Positions 24,124 to 34,384 of a DNA stretch of 46,043 nucleotides are shown here, piece by piece (positions within the stretch are counted from its first letter, which is position 1; each line of letters begins with the position of its first letter). The notes under the pieces were generated by a model that worked only from the letters and a program-made list of their open reading frames with translations, made no database searches and was not told the DNA's origin. The translations under genes were made by a program, and so were the position numbers. The DNA lies in IMG/VR virus record IMGVR_UViG_3300032254_000009, positions 1 to 46,043 of that record; one strand, given 5' to 3'. Origin of the DNA: a virus. Lineage: Duplodnaviria > Caudoviricetes.

Positions 24124-27100
24124 TTATTCTTCTCCATTATTTGATTCTTTTATGTCTTTCATTACCTGAAGATATGTGTCAATGGATTCCATTGTTTCTG
24201 GGGTAACTCTCGGATCGTTTCTTAAATCCCGTAAAGCTTCCTCTGGACCTATGCTAGGTAAGACAGATTGCATTCTATCAGTTAATCCCTTATCACCAAC
24301 TAATATTTTGATGACATGGTTATTCATTTGTGTTTCAAACTTACGCACTTCACTCTCATTGTTAAGAGCAAGAGATAACATCTTCATTCTTCTTTTAGTA
24401 TGTTTTCTCCACTTGTCTAGAGACTCTGGATCATCCTTATTAACTATACGGTAAAAATCTACCATAGCTGATGTCGCTGCTGATTTAGCTAGAGTTCTTT
24501 CATTTAGCTTAAGTATGTAGTCGCTAGTACTTCTAGCTCTTGCTAGAGTAGCCTCTCTTGTAGACATACCGAAAGCTTGCCAGATAGCTTGCTTAGTGGT
24601 AGCTGAACCAGTAGCTTTACCAGACATTTTACTGAACTTAGTCTGTAAGTTACCCATAGCTAGAGCTAATTCAACATCACTCCAAAGTTTTGTTGTTCTT
24701 CCTGCATCTTTGACTGTCTCTACAAAGGCTTCTGTTATGAACTGAAGATTATTAAGTACATCCTCTTCACTCCATTCCTCTTCTATGTCTATCTTCCCCG
24801 GCAACCCCTTAAAAACTTGAGTAGCTTTAGAGAAAGTACCAGTAGAAGCACCACCTAAGAGATCAATTGCATCTATAGATACTTTACCTTCAGCCCAAGA
24901 TTTCTCCAATACACTGAAGTATCCTCTGAAGGCATCTGTAGCACCTCCGGGGCTTGTAGCAGCACTGACAGCAACACCACCCTCTGTACCGAAGTTAACC
25001 ATTGTATCTAGTAAACCACCTAAGATAAAGTTGGAGACAGTTTTATCGAACTCGTTCTGAGGATTCTTCAAATGATCAGGCAGTTGATCGTGAGCAAAAC
25101 TCATACCAGTAGACCCCATGCCAGAAGCTCCAAAAATAGCAACGTAAGAAGCAAGGGCAGCAAGGGCTTTTGATTGATTGTCAATAAGGGCACTCTGCGT
25201 CTTCACTCCAGCCGCTTTACCGACTATACCAGCTCCCTCATGGGCTAGCTTAAGAAGATGTTGCGTGAACTGTAAGGAGAAAGCTAGAACGTTCCCCTCT
25301 CTTTCAAAAGCTAAAAGGTCTGACTTATTTTGGTTCTGTCCGAACTCTCTCGTTTTGTTACGAACTGCTTCCCAGAAGTCAGGCGTATCAGTTTGCTTCC
25401 CTTCTTTAATGAACTGCTTTCTTATTTTTCTATAAGAAGCAGACCAGTAACCAGCTGAAGTAAAGTCAATACTCTTCCCTACTAAACTGCTGATAGTATT
25501 ATTCAATCTTTTAACTGGCCTGAACCCAATCTTACCGCCAGTTGTTGCATGACTAAGAACATTGTCTAAATCAGAAGCACTCCCAGCAATACCAGATTGT
25601 TTAAATTTCTTTATGAAGTTCTCTGCTTCTTTATCTGATGAACCTAGAGCCTTAGCTAAACGAGTAACAGCTACTTCTCCATCTACTCCTTTACCTAGAG
25701 CCTTAACTCCTTGCAGTAAGTTAACCATATCCTTCATAGCTCTTAATCCATCTACGCCCTGAGAAGACATAATAGAGAAAGCACCTATAACATTCTGCGG
25801 CACTTGGTATCCAACGCCATACCCGATATTCAACAAAGCTGTTAAATGCCTTAACGCAAGAGCTGGATTGGTTTTATTTAAACGAGTTAAAGACTTGCTT
25901 GCTATTTGTGCTATTTGACTATCGCTAGCTCCCATGTCTTTAGCCAGTCTAGCTACATAAGCACGTTTAGCTTCTATGAACTCACCAGCTGCTTCACTCT
26001 CCATGCTCCTAATATTCCAGTGCAATAGACGAGCATCTTTCTTAAGTACAGCTGGGTCTAGACCTGCATCTACAATCTTTTTATTATCCCAAGATTTTCT
26101 TGTAAGCAAGTCAGGCATGTCCCCGCTAAGTTTAGCTTCAGGAGAGAGCCAAGCACCGAATTGGTTTAACCATCTTTTCTTTAAGATTGAAGATGTTTGT
26201 TGTAGAGGAAGCGACCCAGTGTTCTGTATACTTCTTGTAAAAGCATCTACAACATCTAACTGAGAACCTTCAGTAGGTAATCCATCTTTTCCTACTGGCC
26301 CAAGTAACGCCTCATCTTGTCTCTTCTTAATCCAACTAGGACCACCATTACCGCCTTGGCTCTGATCTAAAAGATTATCTAACTCTCTAGAATGCTTCCA
26401 TTCAAACTCTGCATCAGGGTTGTTTCTCTTCAAGTATTTAATAAGAGCATTAGCCTCAGAGACAGTACCAACAATACCTACGCCTTGACTTCCTTTACCA
26501 TCAACACCGTTTAGCTTACGACTAGCACCTACTTGTTCAATTACTATACCAGCATCATCATAGAATCTTTCTATTGCGTAGCCTTTTCTTCCAAAGGAAG
26601 GGTACAGAGGAACTTCACTTACATTAAGATCGTCTAATTTCCTAACTACAACATGCGAGAAAGAGCCAGCATCACCAGCTTCCATTTTAGAGCTTAACCT
26701 AACTACTCGTCCACCATTAGAATACAACTCATCTAAGAATTCATCTGATAAAGAAACAACTTCACCGGATACAACATCAAGTATAGAATCTCCTTGTAAG
26801 CTCTTACCTATTACAAGGTCTTCTACGAGATGTTCTCCCTTTTCATTTGTTGTCAACTTGCCTAACGGAGGTCTCTCAGTCAATACAGATCCGTAGAACT
26901 CTGTGTCCCCCACTTGCAGCTGCTTATAACCGCCTTTGACTAATTTCTTACCGAACTCAGCAGCTCTTAATAATTGCATACCATCAACAGCAGCTCTATA
27001 GCTCTGGTAGCCTTCTATAGCTTTATCACTTATAGACGGGTATTTCTCTCTTAGTTGGTCAACGGAATAGACAGTTTGCTCTTTCTCTCCATCTAGTAAA

Positions 27101-28944
27101 GCCTTACTCGCATCATCATAGTCTTTTCTTCTAAGTGAGTTAGTCCTTAGCTTGAAGAAAGGTTCAGCTATTTCGTTCAATTCTCTCTTGACCGCACCTC
27201 CTAGATCCCTAGCCCAAGAGTTCATATGCTGGGGGTGCATACCATCTGCTACGTTTTGAACAGATTTGCTCCAGCCCATGTACCACTTGCTCACGCCATT
27301 AGGGATACGCGTGGTTATTCTCTGTCCAGTTATGCTGTTAAATACACCAGCATCCGCTTCATTAAGCACATGCCTTCTACTAACCTCCACCCATAATCTA
27401 CCATTGCCTTGTACAATATCTACAGACTCTCCTTTTGCTTTGAACACCGATTGTAGAAACTTAGCATCTTCTATATCGTCAAAACCTTCTTCTGCGTTTT
27501 TACCGAAGCGAGTTACTGAAGTACCTAAGCTCAGGTTATCGCCCTCAGCTGGAGGTCTGACAAATGACTTAGAGGGATGAGGGAATCCTTGAGTAGCTTC
27601 TACAAAGTTTTTGTGGAACTTCTGCATTATCTCCCCGCGATTAGCAGCTCCTCCTAGAAGATTAACATCGAACCCTCCTTGTACTGTCTCAACCAAACCT
27701 CTTAGTTTAGGGTTGGTAGCTGAGGGAGGTAAGGAAGCTGGGTCTATTGTACCAGTAACGCTAGGGTTACTTCTCTGCTGAACAGCTTCTCTATCTAGTC
27801 CAACTGAGTCCAATGTATCGTCAAGTTTCTCAGGAGGAGTTTCTTTAATTATCTTTTCTATTGTTCCTTGATTAGCCTCTTCTAAGACATCACCTAAAGA
27901 ACCTCTATTCTTAACAACATCTAAGTTTGGATTTAGATCAGGGGATACCCTAACATCTACCGTTGGAATAGATTCAGGAGTTATGTTATCTGCTTTACCA
28001 AATAACTTTTTCATTAGCTTACGTGAAAGATTGTGACCTAGCCTAAGAACACCGCCAGCAGCAGGTAAATCAGCAGCAGCTAAAATGTTAAGGCCTAGAT
28101 CTCCACTATTCTTTATCCCTGCTAATCCCTCCGATTGCCTATTCTCATTAACAGTGTTAAGTAATGTCTGAGCAATATAGAGGTTAGTAGCTTTGTTCTG
28201 CCCTATGCCGAATTGATTCTGTCTATCTATAGTGTTATCAACAATACTCTTTATCAGATCAGCAGCTTCTTCCGCTGGTAAATCTGCTATTGCATCTGCC
28301 ATAGTATTTATAGAACCTGTAGGCAGTAGAAGACCAGTTAAATTAGCTTCACCTGTTACATCCGTCACTACATTCCGTAGCGTTAGAGTCTCTGCATGCG
28401 GCTCAAAGACAGAAATGGCGAAATCAGTTAACATCTCCCCTATAGAATATTCCTCATTAGCTATATCTATAGTTTTCTGAGCTTCCTTTAGAGCGGATTG
28501 TTTAACAGAGAAAGTATTCAAGCTCTCCAGTCTTTTAGTAACTATCTCTGCCTCTTCTTCTGTTTTAACAGTGAAGCTACTGTCAACCATAGTCTTAGCA
28601 GCAACAGCAGCCTTCCATTCCGAATCGACTAGTTGTCTTTCGCTTAAAGCTTCGTCCAGAGCAGCTAGGTCAACTACCTCTCCTGCTAAGTGCTTATCAA
28701 TGATCGACTGTCTGTCTTCTGCTTGCTTCTCCATCTTAGCCGTTTGCACATAAGAATTGTCACCTACCGCTTGCTGGTTAATAACATGCTTCCTGATATC
28801 TTCAGCTTCTGGTGAGCCAAGATCTATCCCTCTTTGTAAGCTAGCTGTTGTTATATCTTCAGCAGGAGGAGTTTCTACTGGCTGGACAGGTTCGTCAAAA
28901 TTAATTGATGACGTATCTGAAGTATCTTGGAATAACTCTTCCAT
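24124..28944 (-). CDS. Large internal virion (ejection) protein
   Basis: 1606 aa; position and size as in podoviruses. Confidence 0.7.
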   Translation of the reverse strand: MEELFQDTSDTSSINFDEPVQPVETPPAEDITTASLQRGIDLGSPEAEDIRKHVINQQAVGDNSYVQTAKMEKQAEDRQSIIDKHLAGEVVDLAALDEALSERQLVDSEWKAAVAAKTMVDSSFTVKTEEEAEIVTKRLESLNTFSVKQSALKEAQKTIDIANEEYSIGEMLTDFAISVFEPHAETLTLRNVVTDVTGEANLTGLLLPTGSINTMADAIADLPAEEAADLIKSIVDNTIDRQNQFGIGQNKATNLYIAQTLLNTVNENRQSEGLAGIKNSGDLGLNILAAADLPAAGGVLRLGHNLSRKLMKKLFGKADNITPESIPTVDVRVSPDLNPNLDVVKNRGSLGDVLEEANQGTIEKIIKETPPEKLDDTLDSVGLDREAVQQRSNPSVTGTIDPASLPPSATNPKLRGLVETVQGGFDVNLLGGAANRGEIMQKFHKNFVEATQGFPHPSKSFVRPPAEGDNLSLGTSVTRFGKNAEEGFDDIEDAKFLQSVFKAKGESVDIVQGNGRLWVEVSRRHVLNEADAGVFNSITGQRITTRIPNGVSKWYMGWSKSVQNVADGMHPQHMNSWARDLGGAVKRELNEIAEPFFKLRTNSLRRKDYDDASKALLDGEKEQTVYSVDQLREKYPSISDKAIEGYQSYRAAVDGMQLLRAAEFGKKLVKGGYKQLQVGDTEFYGSVLTERPPLGKLTTNEKGEHLVEDLVIGKSLQGDSILDVVSGEVVSLSDEFLDELYSNGGRVVRLSSKMEAGDAGSFSHVVVRKLDDLNVSEVPLYPSFGRKGYAIERFYDDAGIVIEQVGASRKLNGVDGKGSQGVGIVGTVSEANALIKYLKRNNPDAEFEWKHSRELDNLLDQSQGGNGGPSWIKKRQDEALLGPVGKDGLPTEGSQLDVVDAFTRSIQNTGSLPLQQTSSILKKRWLNQFGAWLSPEAKLSGDMPDLLTRKSWDNKKIVDAGLDPAVLKKDARLLHWNIRSMESEAAGEFIEAKRAYVARLAKDMGASDSQIAQIASKSLTRLNKTNPALALRHLTALLNIGYGVGYQVPQNVIGAFSIMSSQGVDGLRAMKDMVNLLQGVKALGKGVDGEVAVTRLAKALGSSDKEAENFIKKFKQSGIAGSASDLDNVLSHATTGGKIGFRPVKRLNNTISSLVGKSIDFTSAGYWSASYRKIRKQFIKEGKQTDTPDFWEAVRNKTREFGQNQNKSDLLAFEREGNVLAFSLQFTQHLLKLAHEGAGIVGKAAGVKTQSALIDNQSKALAALASYVAIFGASGMGSTGMSFAHDQLPDHLKNPQNEFDKTVSNFILGGLLDTMVNFGTEGGVAVSAATSPGGATDAFRGYFSVLEKSWAEGKVSIDAIDLLGGASTGTFSKATQVFKGLPGKIDIEEEWSEEDVLNNLQFITEAFVETVKDAGRTTKLWSDVELALAMGNLQTKFSKMSGKATGSATTKQAIWQAFGMSTREATLARARSTSDYILKLNERTLAKSAATSAMVDFYRIVNKDDPESLDKWRKHTKRRMKMLSLALNNESEVRKFETQMNNHVIKILVGDKGLTDRMQSVLPSIGPEEALRDLRNDPRVTPETMESIDTYLQVMKDIKESNNGEE

Positions 28945-29348
28945 TAAACACCACCACTCGCTTTCATAACTAAATCAGTAAGAGCTTTACTATCTGCTGC
29001 CTTGCTAGCAGCTCTATGAGAAGCTTCCATTCTAGCAAAAGCTTGGCTCTGTAACCCGAAGAGTTGTTGAGCAAAAGCTATATTACCACCAGCCTGAGCT
29101 TGTACAGAGCTAGCTCCACCAGCTACAGCTGAGCTTCCAGCTACTCCCTGATTCTCACCAGCTTGTATAACCTGTGCTCTAGCTACCTGTGCTTGTCTTA
29201 CTTGCTCAGCAATACCTCTAGCACTTTGTAAGTTCCTAGCTCTCTCTTGTAGCTTACGGGCTTTAGCGGCCTCTTTCCTAGATTTACGGGCTTGGCTAGC
29301 TCCACCTATAGGCGTTAGCTTAGCGATACCTTCTACTGCGTCTCCCAT
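28944..29348 (-). CDS. Small internal virion protein (gp14-like)
   Basis: Ala/Gln/Gly-rich with GV.GSS motif. Confidence 0.7.
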   Translation of the reverse strand: MGDAVEGIAKLTPIGGASQARKSRKEAAKARKLQERARNLQSARGIAEQVRQAQVARAQVIQAGENQGVAGSSAVAGGASSVQAQAGGNIAFAQQLFGLQSQAFARMEASHRAASKAADSKALTDLVMKASGGV

Positions 29349-29632
29349 ACGGACCCCATTATAATTGTTTCTTTCGTAGTAAATAGTGGTACGAACCCGA
29401 ACATCTTAGCTAACTTCTGCGCTCGTTTATTATCTTTAGCTATATTAGCATGTAGGTTCTGAGGAATCTTTTCTCTTATCTCAGCAAATCTAATTAGCAT
29501 AGTCTTGTAAGCTTCCTTGTTCCATTTCTTTACATCTAAATGACAAAAGAATACATTATCGTAGATAGTTAATGTAAAGAAGAACTCATCTGTATCAATT
29601 GTACCTACTACATCTTCCCTTTTATAGACCAT
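29333..29632 (-). CDS. GNAT-like tail assembly protein (gp13-like)
   Basis: N..A.KLAKMFGF motif; position after the nozzle gene. Confidence 0.6.
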   Translation of the reverse strand: MVYKREDVVGTIDTDEFFFTLTIYDNVFFCHLDVKKWNKEAYKTMLIRFAEIREKIPQNLHANIAKDNKRAQKLAKMFGFVPLFTTKETIIMGSVWETQ

Positions 29633-30885
29633 TGAGTTGTATACCCCAGTAATTTCATATCCTTATTAGCTTCCTGCTCAAACCTAATACTTAAGGCTTG
29701 GCCTCTCCCTAACATCTTATTCTTTGTTGTAATGACTTGCTCCCCTGAATCAAAAGCTCCTGCTCCTGAAGGGATGTAAGTTCTTCTAAATCTGTATACT
29801 TGCTGAGAAGGAGACCAACGATTGTTACCATTGGAGTTATTCCAGTCCCATTTAGCTCTCATCTTACAGCTAGAAGGGTTATCTAGTTCAAACCCTCCAC
29901 TACCATCGCTTACCCAGTTCTCCTCAGTCTGAAGGAAATGAGTAGCTATGTAAGGAGCTGTCTTCTTATTGCTTGGTTTATTTAATGTTTCATACCCAGT
30001 CTCAATATAAGCGAGAGGGTAGTCAGCTACGAAGTCTTGGAAGTCAGCATCACTCTTTCTTCCGAAGTCTAAGCTGTAGTTCTGTGTAGCTGAAGGAGCA
30101 CCAGCGACTACAACTACCTGCACTGTATCAAATTCTTCTGTACCTTGTGTAGTATTAACAACAGAAGCAATGAACTTACCAGAGGCTTCTGAGAGAGTTG
30201 CATTATATTCTTGAGGCCATACACCTCCGCTTCTTAAGTCCAGTACTAGTGATTTATCATAAGCATATTTATATTCTGTAGCGCCTGTTTGTGTATCGCT
30301 ACAATAGAACCATTCCACTTGCTTCTTTATTCGGTTGTAAGCTCCAGAAGATTTACCTTTAGAAATTATGTCTATATCGTTGAAGAAGCTCTGCATTGTT
30401 AGTTCAATGACATTAGCTGCTTCAGCTTGTCCGAATTGATTGATAGCTACTGAGTAGATACCTTCACTACTCCAGTAGTAATGTACATCCCCAGCTACTA
30501 CTACACTCTCTGGAGATATACATCCTGCGTTTGTTACCTGAGTTAAACTAAAATTAGTAGCAGTAAAACCAGTATCAGGTCCACTAAGAAACCAAACACC
30601 GTTCTTACAATAGATAAGGACACCCCCTCTGAACTTCTTTAGTTGTACTACGTCAGTAGCATTATCTATCTGAATAGTGCCTCCATCTGTATCTAAGAGG
30701 TCAGATAGCTGTTCTGATGTTGGGTCATTCTGTTGGTAGCAAAACCCTAGCTTATCTATACTCTCTCCCTCCATTACTTGTGAATAATAGACGTTGTTCT
30801 TTAAGCCATAGAACAACCTACCAGCTGCATATCCACAGCAAGTAGGCCTTTCATCTATTGTTTCTATTGGTGTTGTTAAAGCCAT
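29608..30885 (-). CDS. Tail tubular protein B / nozzle, C-terminal part
   Basis: RP....YAAGRLFY; TKNK..GRG.ALSIRF...KD..LLG. Confidence 0.75.
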   Translation of the reverse strand: MALTTPIETIDERPTCCGYAAGRLFYGLKNNVYYSQVMEGESIDKLGFCYQQNDPTSEQLSDLLDTDGGTIQIDNATDVVQLKKFRGGVLIYCKNGVWFLSGPDTGFTATNFSLTQVTNAGCISPESVVVAGDVHYYWSSEGIYSVAINQFGQAEAANVIELTMQSFFNDIDIISKGKSSGAYNRIKKQVEWFYCSDTQTGATEYKYAYDKSLVLDLRSGGVWPQEYNATLSEASGKFIASVVNTTQGTEEFDTVQVVVVAGAPSATQNYSLDFGRKSDADFQDFVADYPLAYIETGYETLNKPSNKKTAPYIATHFLQTEENWVSDGSGGFELDNPSSCKMRAKWDWNNSNGNNRWSPSQQVYRFRRTYIPSGAGAFDSGEQVITTKNKMLGRGQALSIRFEQEANKDMKLLGYTTQWSIKGKM

Positions 30886-30894
30886 TAATTATTC

Positions 30895-31869
30895 CTATGG
30901 TAAACTAATATCAGTGAAGTCCGTCCAGCGTCCTGCAACGTCACCGCCGCCTCCGCTAGATGAACCACCTGAAGTAGCTCCTGAATCTGAAGGAGTAGAG
31001 AGTATAGTAGCTCTATCAATATTGAAAGCATTAACTACGTAATGCCCTCTAGGAGCTGGAGTACTGCCAAAGGTTTGATCTCTAAGCCATTCAGCATCAA
31101 AGATTAAATCTCCTGTACTATCTACCATACCTACCCAGACAATATCAGAGTTAGCGGGATACTCCCCAGTCCATTGAGTATTGTACTCAGTGATTGGGTC
31201 ACTCTCTGTCTTGCTTCCAGCTGTAAGCCTTCGTTGTTTGTACCAGCCTTGATTATATAGGTTGTACTTGTGGTCATCAGATAATGTCGAAGGTCTCTCA
31301 TCCACCTTAAGTCCATCTTCTATCCCTAGCATATCTCTCACTTGAAGAGTTAAGGTACTAGCTGAGACATTAGTTCCATCAAACTGTAGGAGGGTTGGGT
31401 CAATCTGTTCTGAACAAACTACAACTTTACCTTTTATAGTAGCGTAGTTCACTCTAGTTGGTTCTAGTAGAGCTAACGTTCCTTTAGCTGTTCCACTTAG
31501 AGAGTTATTTAAATCTATTCTTCCGTTGATTACAGAAGCAGTAGGATCATCAACACCAGTATCAGTGAAGAAGTAGAGGTATCTCCCTACTTGGACAATA
31601 ACTAAATTGGTGTCTGGGTCGTTGTTAGCACTTTCCCATAAGTGGGAACTAATTGCTACATCGTGATCTGAAGCATTTCTTGTCTCCGCTAGTCGAGGAA
31701 GAAGCGAAGTTCTCATACCCTTTCTAGGTCTGATAACCTGCGGGTTGTAGTCAGGCTCCATATTCAATACATCAGGGCTGAACTCTTGAGGGAAATGTAA
31801 TAGATTAGCCTCTGTATTCAACCCCTGTATTGGCAGGATGTATTCTTTGTCTCCCCTCGATCTCGGCAT
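30895..31869 (-). CDS. Tail tubular protein B / nozzle, N-terminal part
   Basis: GLNTEA..L.FP...N....R.RKG; H.YNLYNQGW. Confidence 0.75.
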   Translation of the reverse strand: MPRSRGDKEYILPIQGLNTEANLLHFPQEFSPDVLNMEPDYNPQVIRPRKGMRTSLLPRLAETRNASDHDVAISSHLWESANNDPDTNLVIVQVGRYLYFFTDTGVDDPTASVINGRIDLNNSLSGTAKGTLALLEPTRVNYATIKGKVVVCSEQIDPTLLQFDGTNVSASTLTLQVRDMLGIEDGLKVDERPSTLSDDHKYNLYNQGWYKQRRLTAGSKTESDPITEYNTQWTGEYPANSDIVWVGMVDSTGDLIFDAEWLRDQTFGSTPAPRGHYVVNAFNIDRATILSTPSDSGATSGGSSSGGGGDVAGRWTDFTDISLP

Positions 31870-32094
31870 CTACTTTGTACTCTTAGCTCTTACTGGTTTA
31901 TTCTTATCCTTAAACAAATAAGCATTTACAGCATTCTGTATTTGTCTAGGGTCTGTCCATGCACCGCCAAGCTCTGGTGGCACTTGACCTCCATTAGTAA
32001 AGAACACTTCATAAGTGCTCTTACCTTCTGGAACTCTGTACGCAATAGTTTTACCTGCTTTAGTCTTCCCTGCTATCTTTTGTTCTCTGCTCAT
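31870..32094 (-). CDS. Small conserved protein of the tail module
   Basis: GGQVP.EL.G.WT motif; position between the tail tube genes. Confidence 0.7.
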   Translation of the reverse strand: MSREQKIAGKTKAGKTIAYRVPEGKSTYEVFFTNGGQVPPELGGAWTDPRQIQNAVNAYLFKDKNKPVRAKSTK

Positions 32095-32858
32095 CTTCCG
32101 TAGTTCCTTCTTCTAGTTTCTATGCCGTCATGGCCTATACGTTGTTTCTTTCTTGCTTTTAGTATACCCATTCTTGCTTTCCTAGCTACACTAAAGATAG
32201 GTTCTTCTCTTAACATCTCGCTAGCTTCTGATATTACAGCATTGAGGTATGTCGGATGAAACCATTCAGGGAAGGCAATAACGTATGTATCTGATTGAAC
32301 AAAGCTCATCTGCTCTGATGTAAGTATACCGCTCTTGCTTGATTGTAGAACTGAGTCAACATCTGAATCAAAGGAGTCAAAGACTAGATGTTCATCATCA
32401 AAGTCAGTGAAATATTGAGGAGCTTTGCTATTATGAATTACCATCTTGTACCCACTGAAATCTTCTACTATCTGGGTGTTAGTGGTATTGGTACTTCTGT
32501 TACCTACGTAGTCCAGAAAATCTTCTGGCTTCATATATTTTATTTCTTTGTAGTTGAGAGTAGTTGCTCCCGCTGCTCCAGTAGCTACATTGTACATAAC
32601 TTTGGATTGGTTGATACGCATTGCTGTATCAGGGAGTCTTAGATAATTTGGTTTAGTTGAGTCAGCTAAGGATTCTAGCTGTACTAGATTTTCAGTTAAG
32701 CCTGAGCTAAATACATCGTTAACTAGGTCATTGAAAACCTTTTCAGCGATAGAGGCTAACTGTTGAGATTCAATAGTATCATCAATACTAGCTACACGAA
32801 AACCATCAGTGGCATCCATATAGTGATTAACTACTGCAAGTAAGGTTAATTTAGCCAT
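32091..32858 (-). CDS. Tail tubular protein A / adaptor (likely start MAKLTLL)
   Basis: TLL..V......D...V.SI.DT.ES.Q.A; P.Y.T.FDD...VFDS; ends NYGR. Confidence 0.8.
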   Translation of the reverse strand: MAKLTLLAVVNHYMDATDGFRVASIDDTIESQQLASIAEKVFNDLVNDVFSSGLTENLVQLESLADSTKPNYLRLPDTAMRINQSKVMYNVATGAAGATTLNYKEIKYMKPEDFLDYVGNRSTNTTNTQIVEDFSGYKMVIHNSKAPQYFTDFDDEHLVFDSFDSDVDSVLQSSKSGILTSEQMSFVQSDTYVIAFPEWFHPTYLNAVISEASEMLREEPIFSVARKARMGILKARKKQRIGHDGIETRRRNYGR

Positions 32859-32897
32859 TATACACCATTGTTTTATAGAAGTCAATAGTAAGTAGTG

Positions 32898-32924
32898 AAA
32901 AAGAGAGGGAATATCTCCCCCTCT
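32898..32924 (-). terminator. Rho-independent terminator after the capsid genes
   Basis: Minus strand AGAGGGGA-GATA-TTCCCTCT followed by CTTTTT. Confidence 0.75.
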
Positions 32925-32933
32925 TAGTCTTTC

Positions 32934-33398
32934 TTACAGCTTATCTTGGTACTGAACAACTAAGATAGCATCACCAGCGGTGAATGTACCAGTTGTAGTA
33001 ACAGTAATAGCTTGGCGTTCAGAAGAACTTACCTCACCAATATCTGCTCCTGCACCAACATGGTTAGAGTCTGCTGTTAGGGCTGCGGTAAGGATAGCTG
33101 CGTGTAAACCGTCAGCATCAATAACACCGCCACCATCAGCCTGAGAAGTACCAACAGTTAAGTTAGTGCCTCCGACCCATGCTGTTCCTACTTGAAGATC
33201 AGCCGCTACTACCTTTGCACTTGCAGGGATAACAGCTAGCATCTCATTATTTGCATCAACAGCAGGCAAGTCATCAAAAGAAAACTCAATTACGATTTCC
33301 TTAGTAGAACCTGCACTGTGCTTTTCTGCACCGAACTTATTTTTTGATGGTAATGCGCCAAAAAATGTTTGACGTCCACCTACGCTTTCTAAAGCCAT
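32934..33398 (-). CDS. Capsid decoration or minor head protein
   Basis: Follows the capsid gene; beta-rich; strong RBS. Confidence 0.65.
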   Translation of the reverse strand: MALESVGGRQTFFGALPSKNKFGAEKHSAGSTKEIVIEFSFDDLPAVDANNEMLAVIPASAKVVAADLQVGTAWVGGTNLTVGTSQADGGGVIDADGLHAAILTAALTADSNHVGAGADIGEVSSSERQAITVTTTGTFTAGDAILVVQYQDKL

Positions 33399-33409
33399 GT
33401 TATGACCTC

Positions 33410-34369
33410 CTATGAGTTATCAGTAATTAAGCAGATTAGAGACTCTGGTCTATATAGAGCAAATCCCCAGTATGCAGTTGATGACCAAGCATCACGCTTC
33501 TTACTTTCCTGACGCTCAAAAGCAGCAGTAGGTCGTTGGCGAATAACACCCATCATTGGTTTACAATCTTCATCAGCTACGCACATTGCGATACATACTT
33601 CTGAGCCAGCTAGAGTAGCTACTGAATCAACAGTTTCTGCTGCACTAGATACAGGAAGTAAGTTAGAAACAAACACATCGAAGCCGTGGATGTTACGTAC
33701 GAAGCGGTGAGACTTAGCAAAGCCAGTTTCTAGTAAGCCTTCAAAACGAGGGCTATCAGCAACCAATACAGCGCCAGTAGCTAGTTTATTAAGCTTGTTC
33801 TCAGTCTTAGCATCAACGATTAAGATACGACCTTCTTCAGGTACATTAGCTTTATCGTAGGATAGCTTCATATCTGCTACAGCGTCTACAAAGTTTTGAG
33901 CTGTGTAGCCAGTAGCTAGAGCGATACGATGAGGCTGGCCATTGATGTTGTTTGGATCAGCAGAAGTCTGAGTAGAGTTAGCAGCTGCATAAAGCTCAGC
34001 TTCCATATCTTTACCGAAAGCATAAGAGCTAGCTTTAGTACGAGAAGCCCATAGACGATCTGCTGAACCACCAGCATCCATCTTTAGCTTATCAGTTACA
34101 TAGAAAGCGTCTTGCTTGTAGTCAGTTAAAGCAAGAGTGATACGAGAAGTATCAATTGCTGAGTAGTCAATATCAGAGTTCTCTGAGTAATCAGATACAG
34201 TTGCTTGACCAATTTGATCTACATTGAAAGTATCCCCTACTGGGAACTGTGAAGTCATGTCGTTCATGCCAACTAAACCAAGTAAGTTATCTTCGAAAGA
34301 TTCTTGTAGCATCTCTCCGTAGATTTGTTGCTTGATAATGTTAGCACTATTGCTAGTAGTTTGAGCCAT
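33410..34369 (-). CDS. Major capsid protein
   Basis: 319 aa after the scaffold gene; GDT..V..IG, VPEEGR..IVD, GFDVFVSN.LP, ..YRPE. Confidence 0.9.
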   Translation of the reverse strand: MAQTTSNSANIIKQQIYGEMLQESFEDNLLGLVGMNDMTSQFPVGDTFNVDQIGQATVSDYSENSDIDYSAIDTSRITLALTDYKQDAFYVTDKLKMDAGGSADRLWASRTKASSYAFGKDMEAELYAAANSTQTSADPNNINGQPHRIALATGYTAQNFVDAVADMKLSYDKANVPEEGRILIVDAKTENKLNKLATGAVLVADSPRFEGLLETGFAKSHRFVRNIHGFDVFVSNLLPVSSAAETVDSVATLAGSEVCIAMCVADEDCKPMMGVIRQRPTAAFERQESKKRDAWSSTAYWGFALYRPESLICLITDNS

Positions 34370-34384
34370 TTTTAAGTTTCCTTA

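Noticed and set aside
17343-28969. Many + strand ORFs of 60-160 aa within the structural arm
   Set aside because: Antisense shadows of long minus-strand genes, with no RBS or recognisable motifs.
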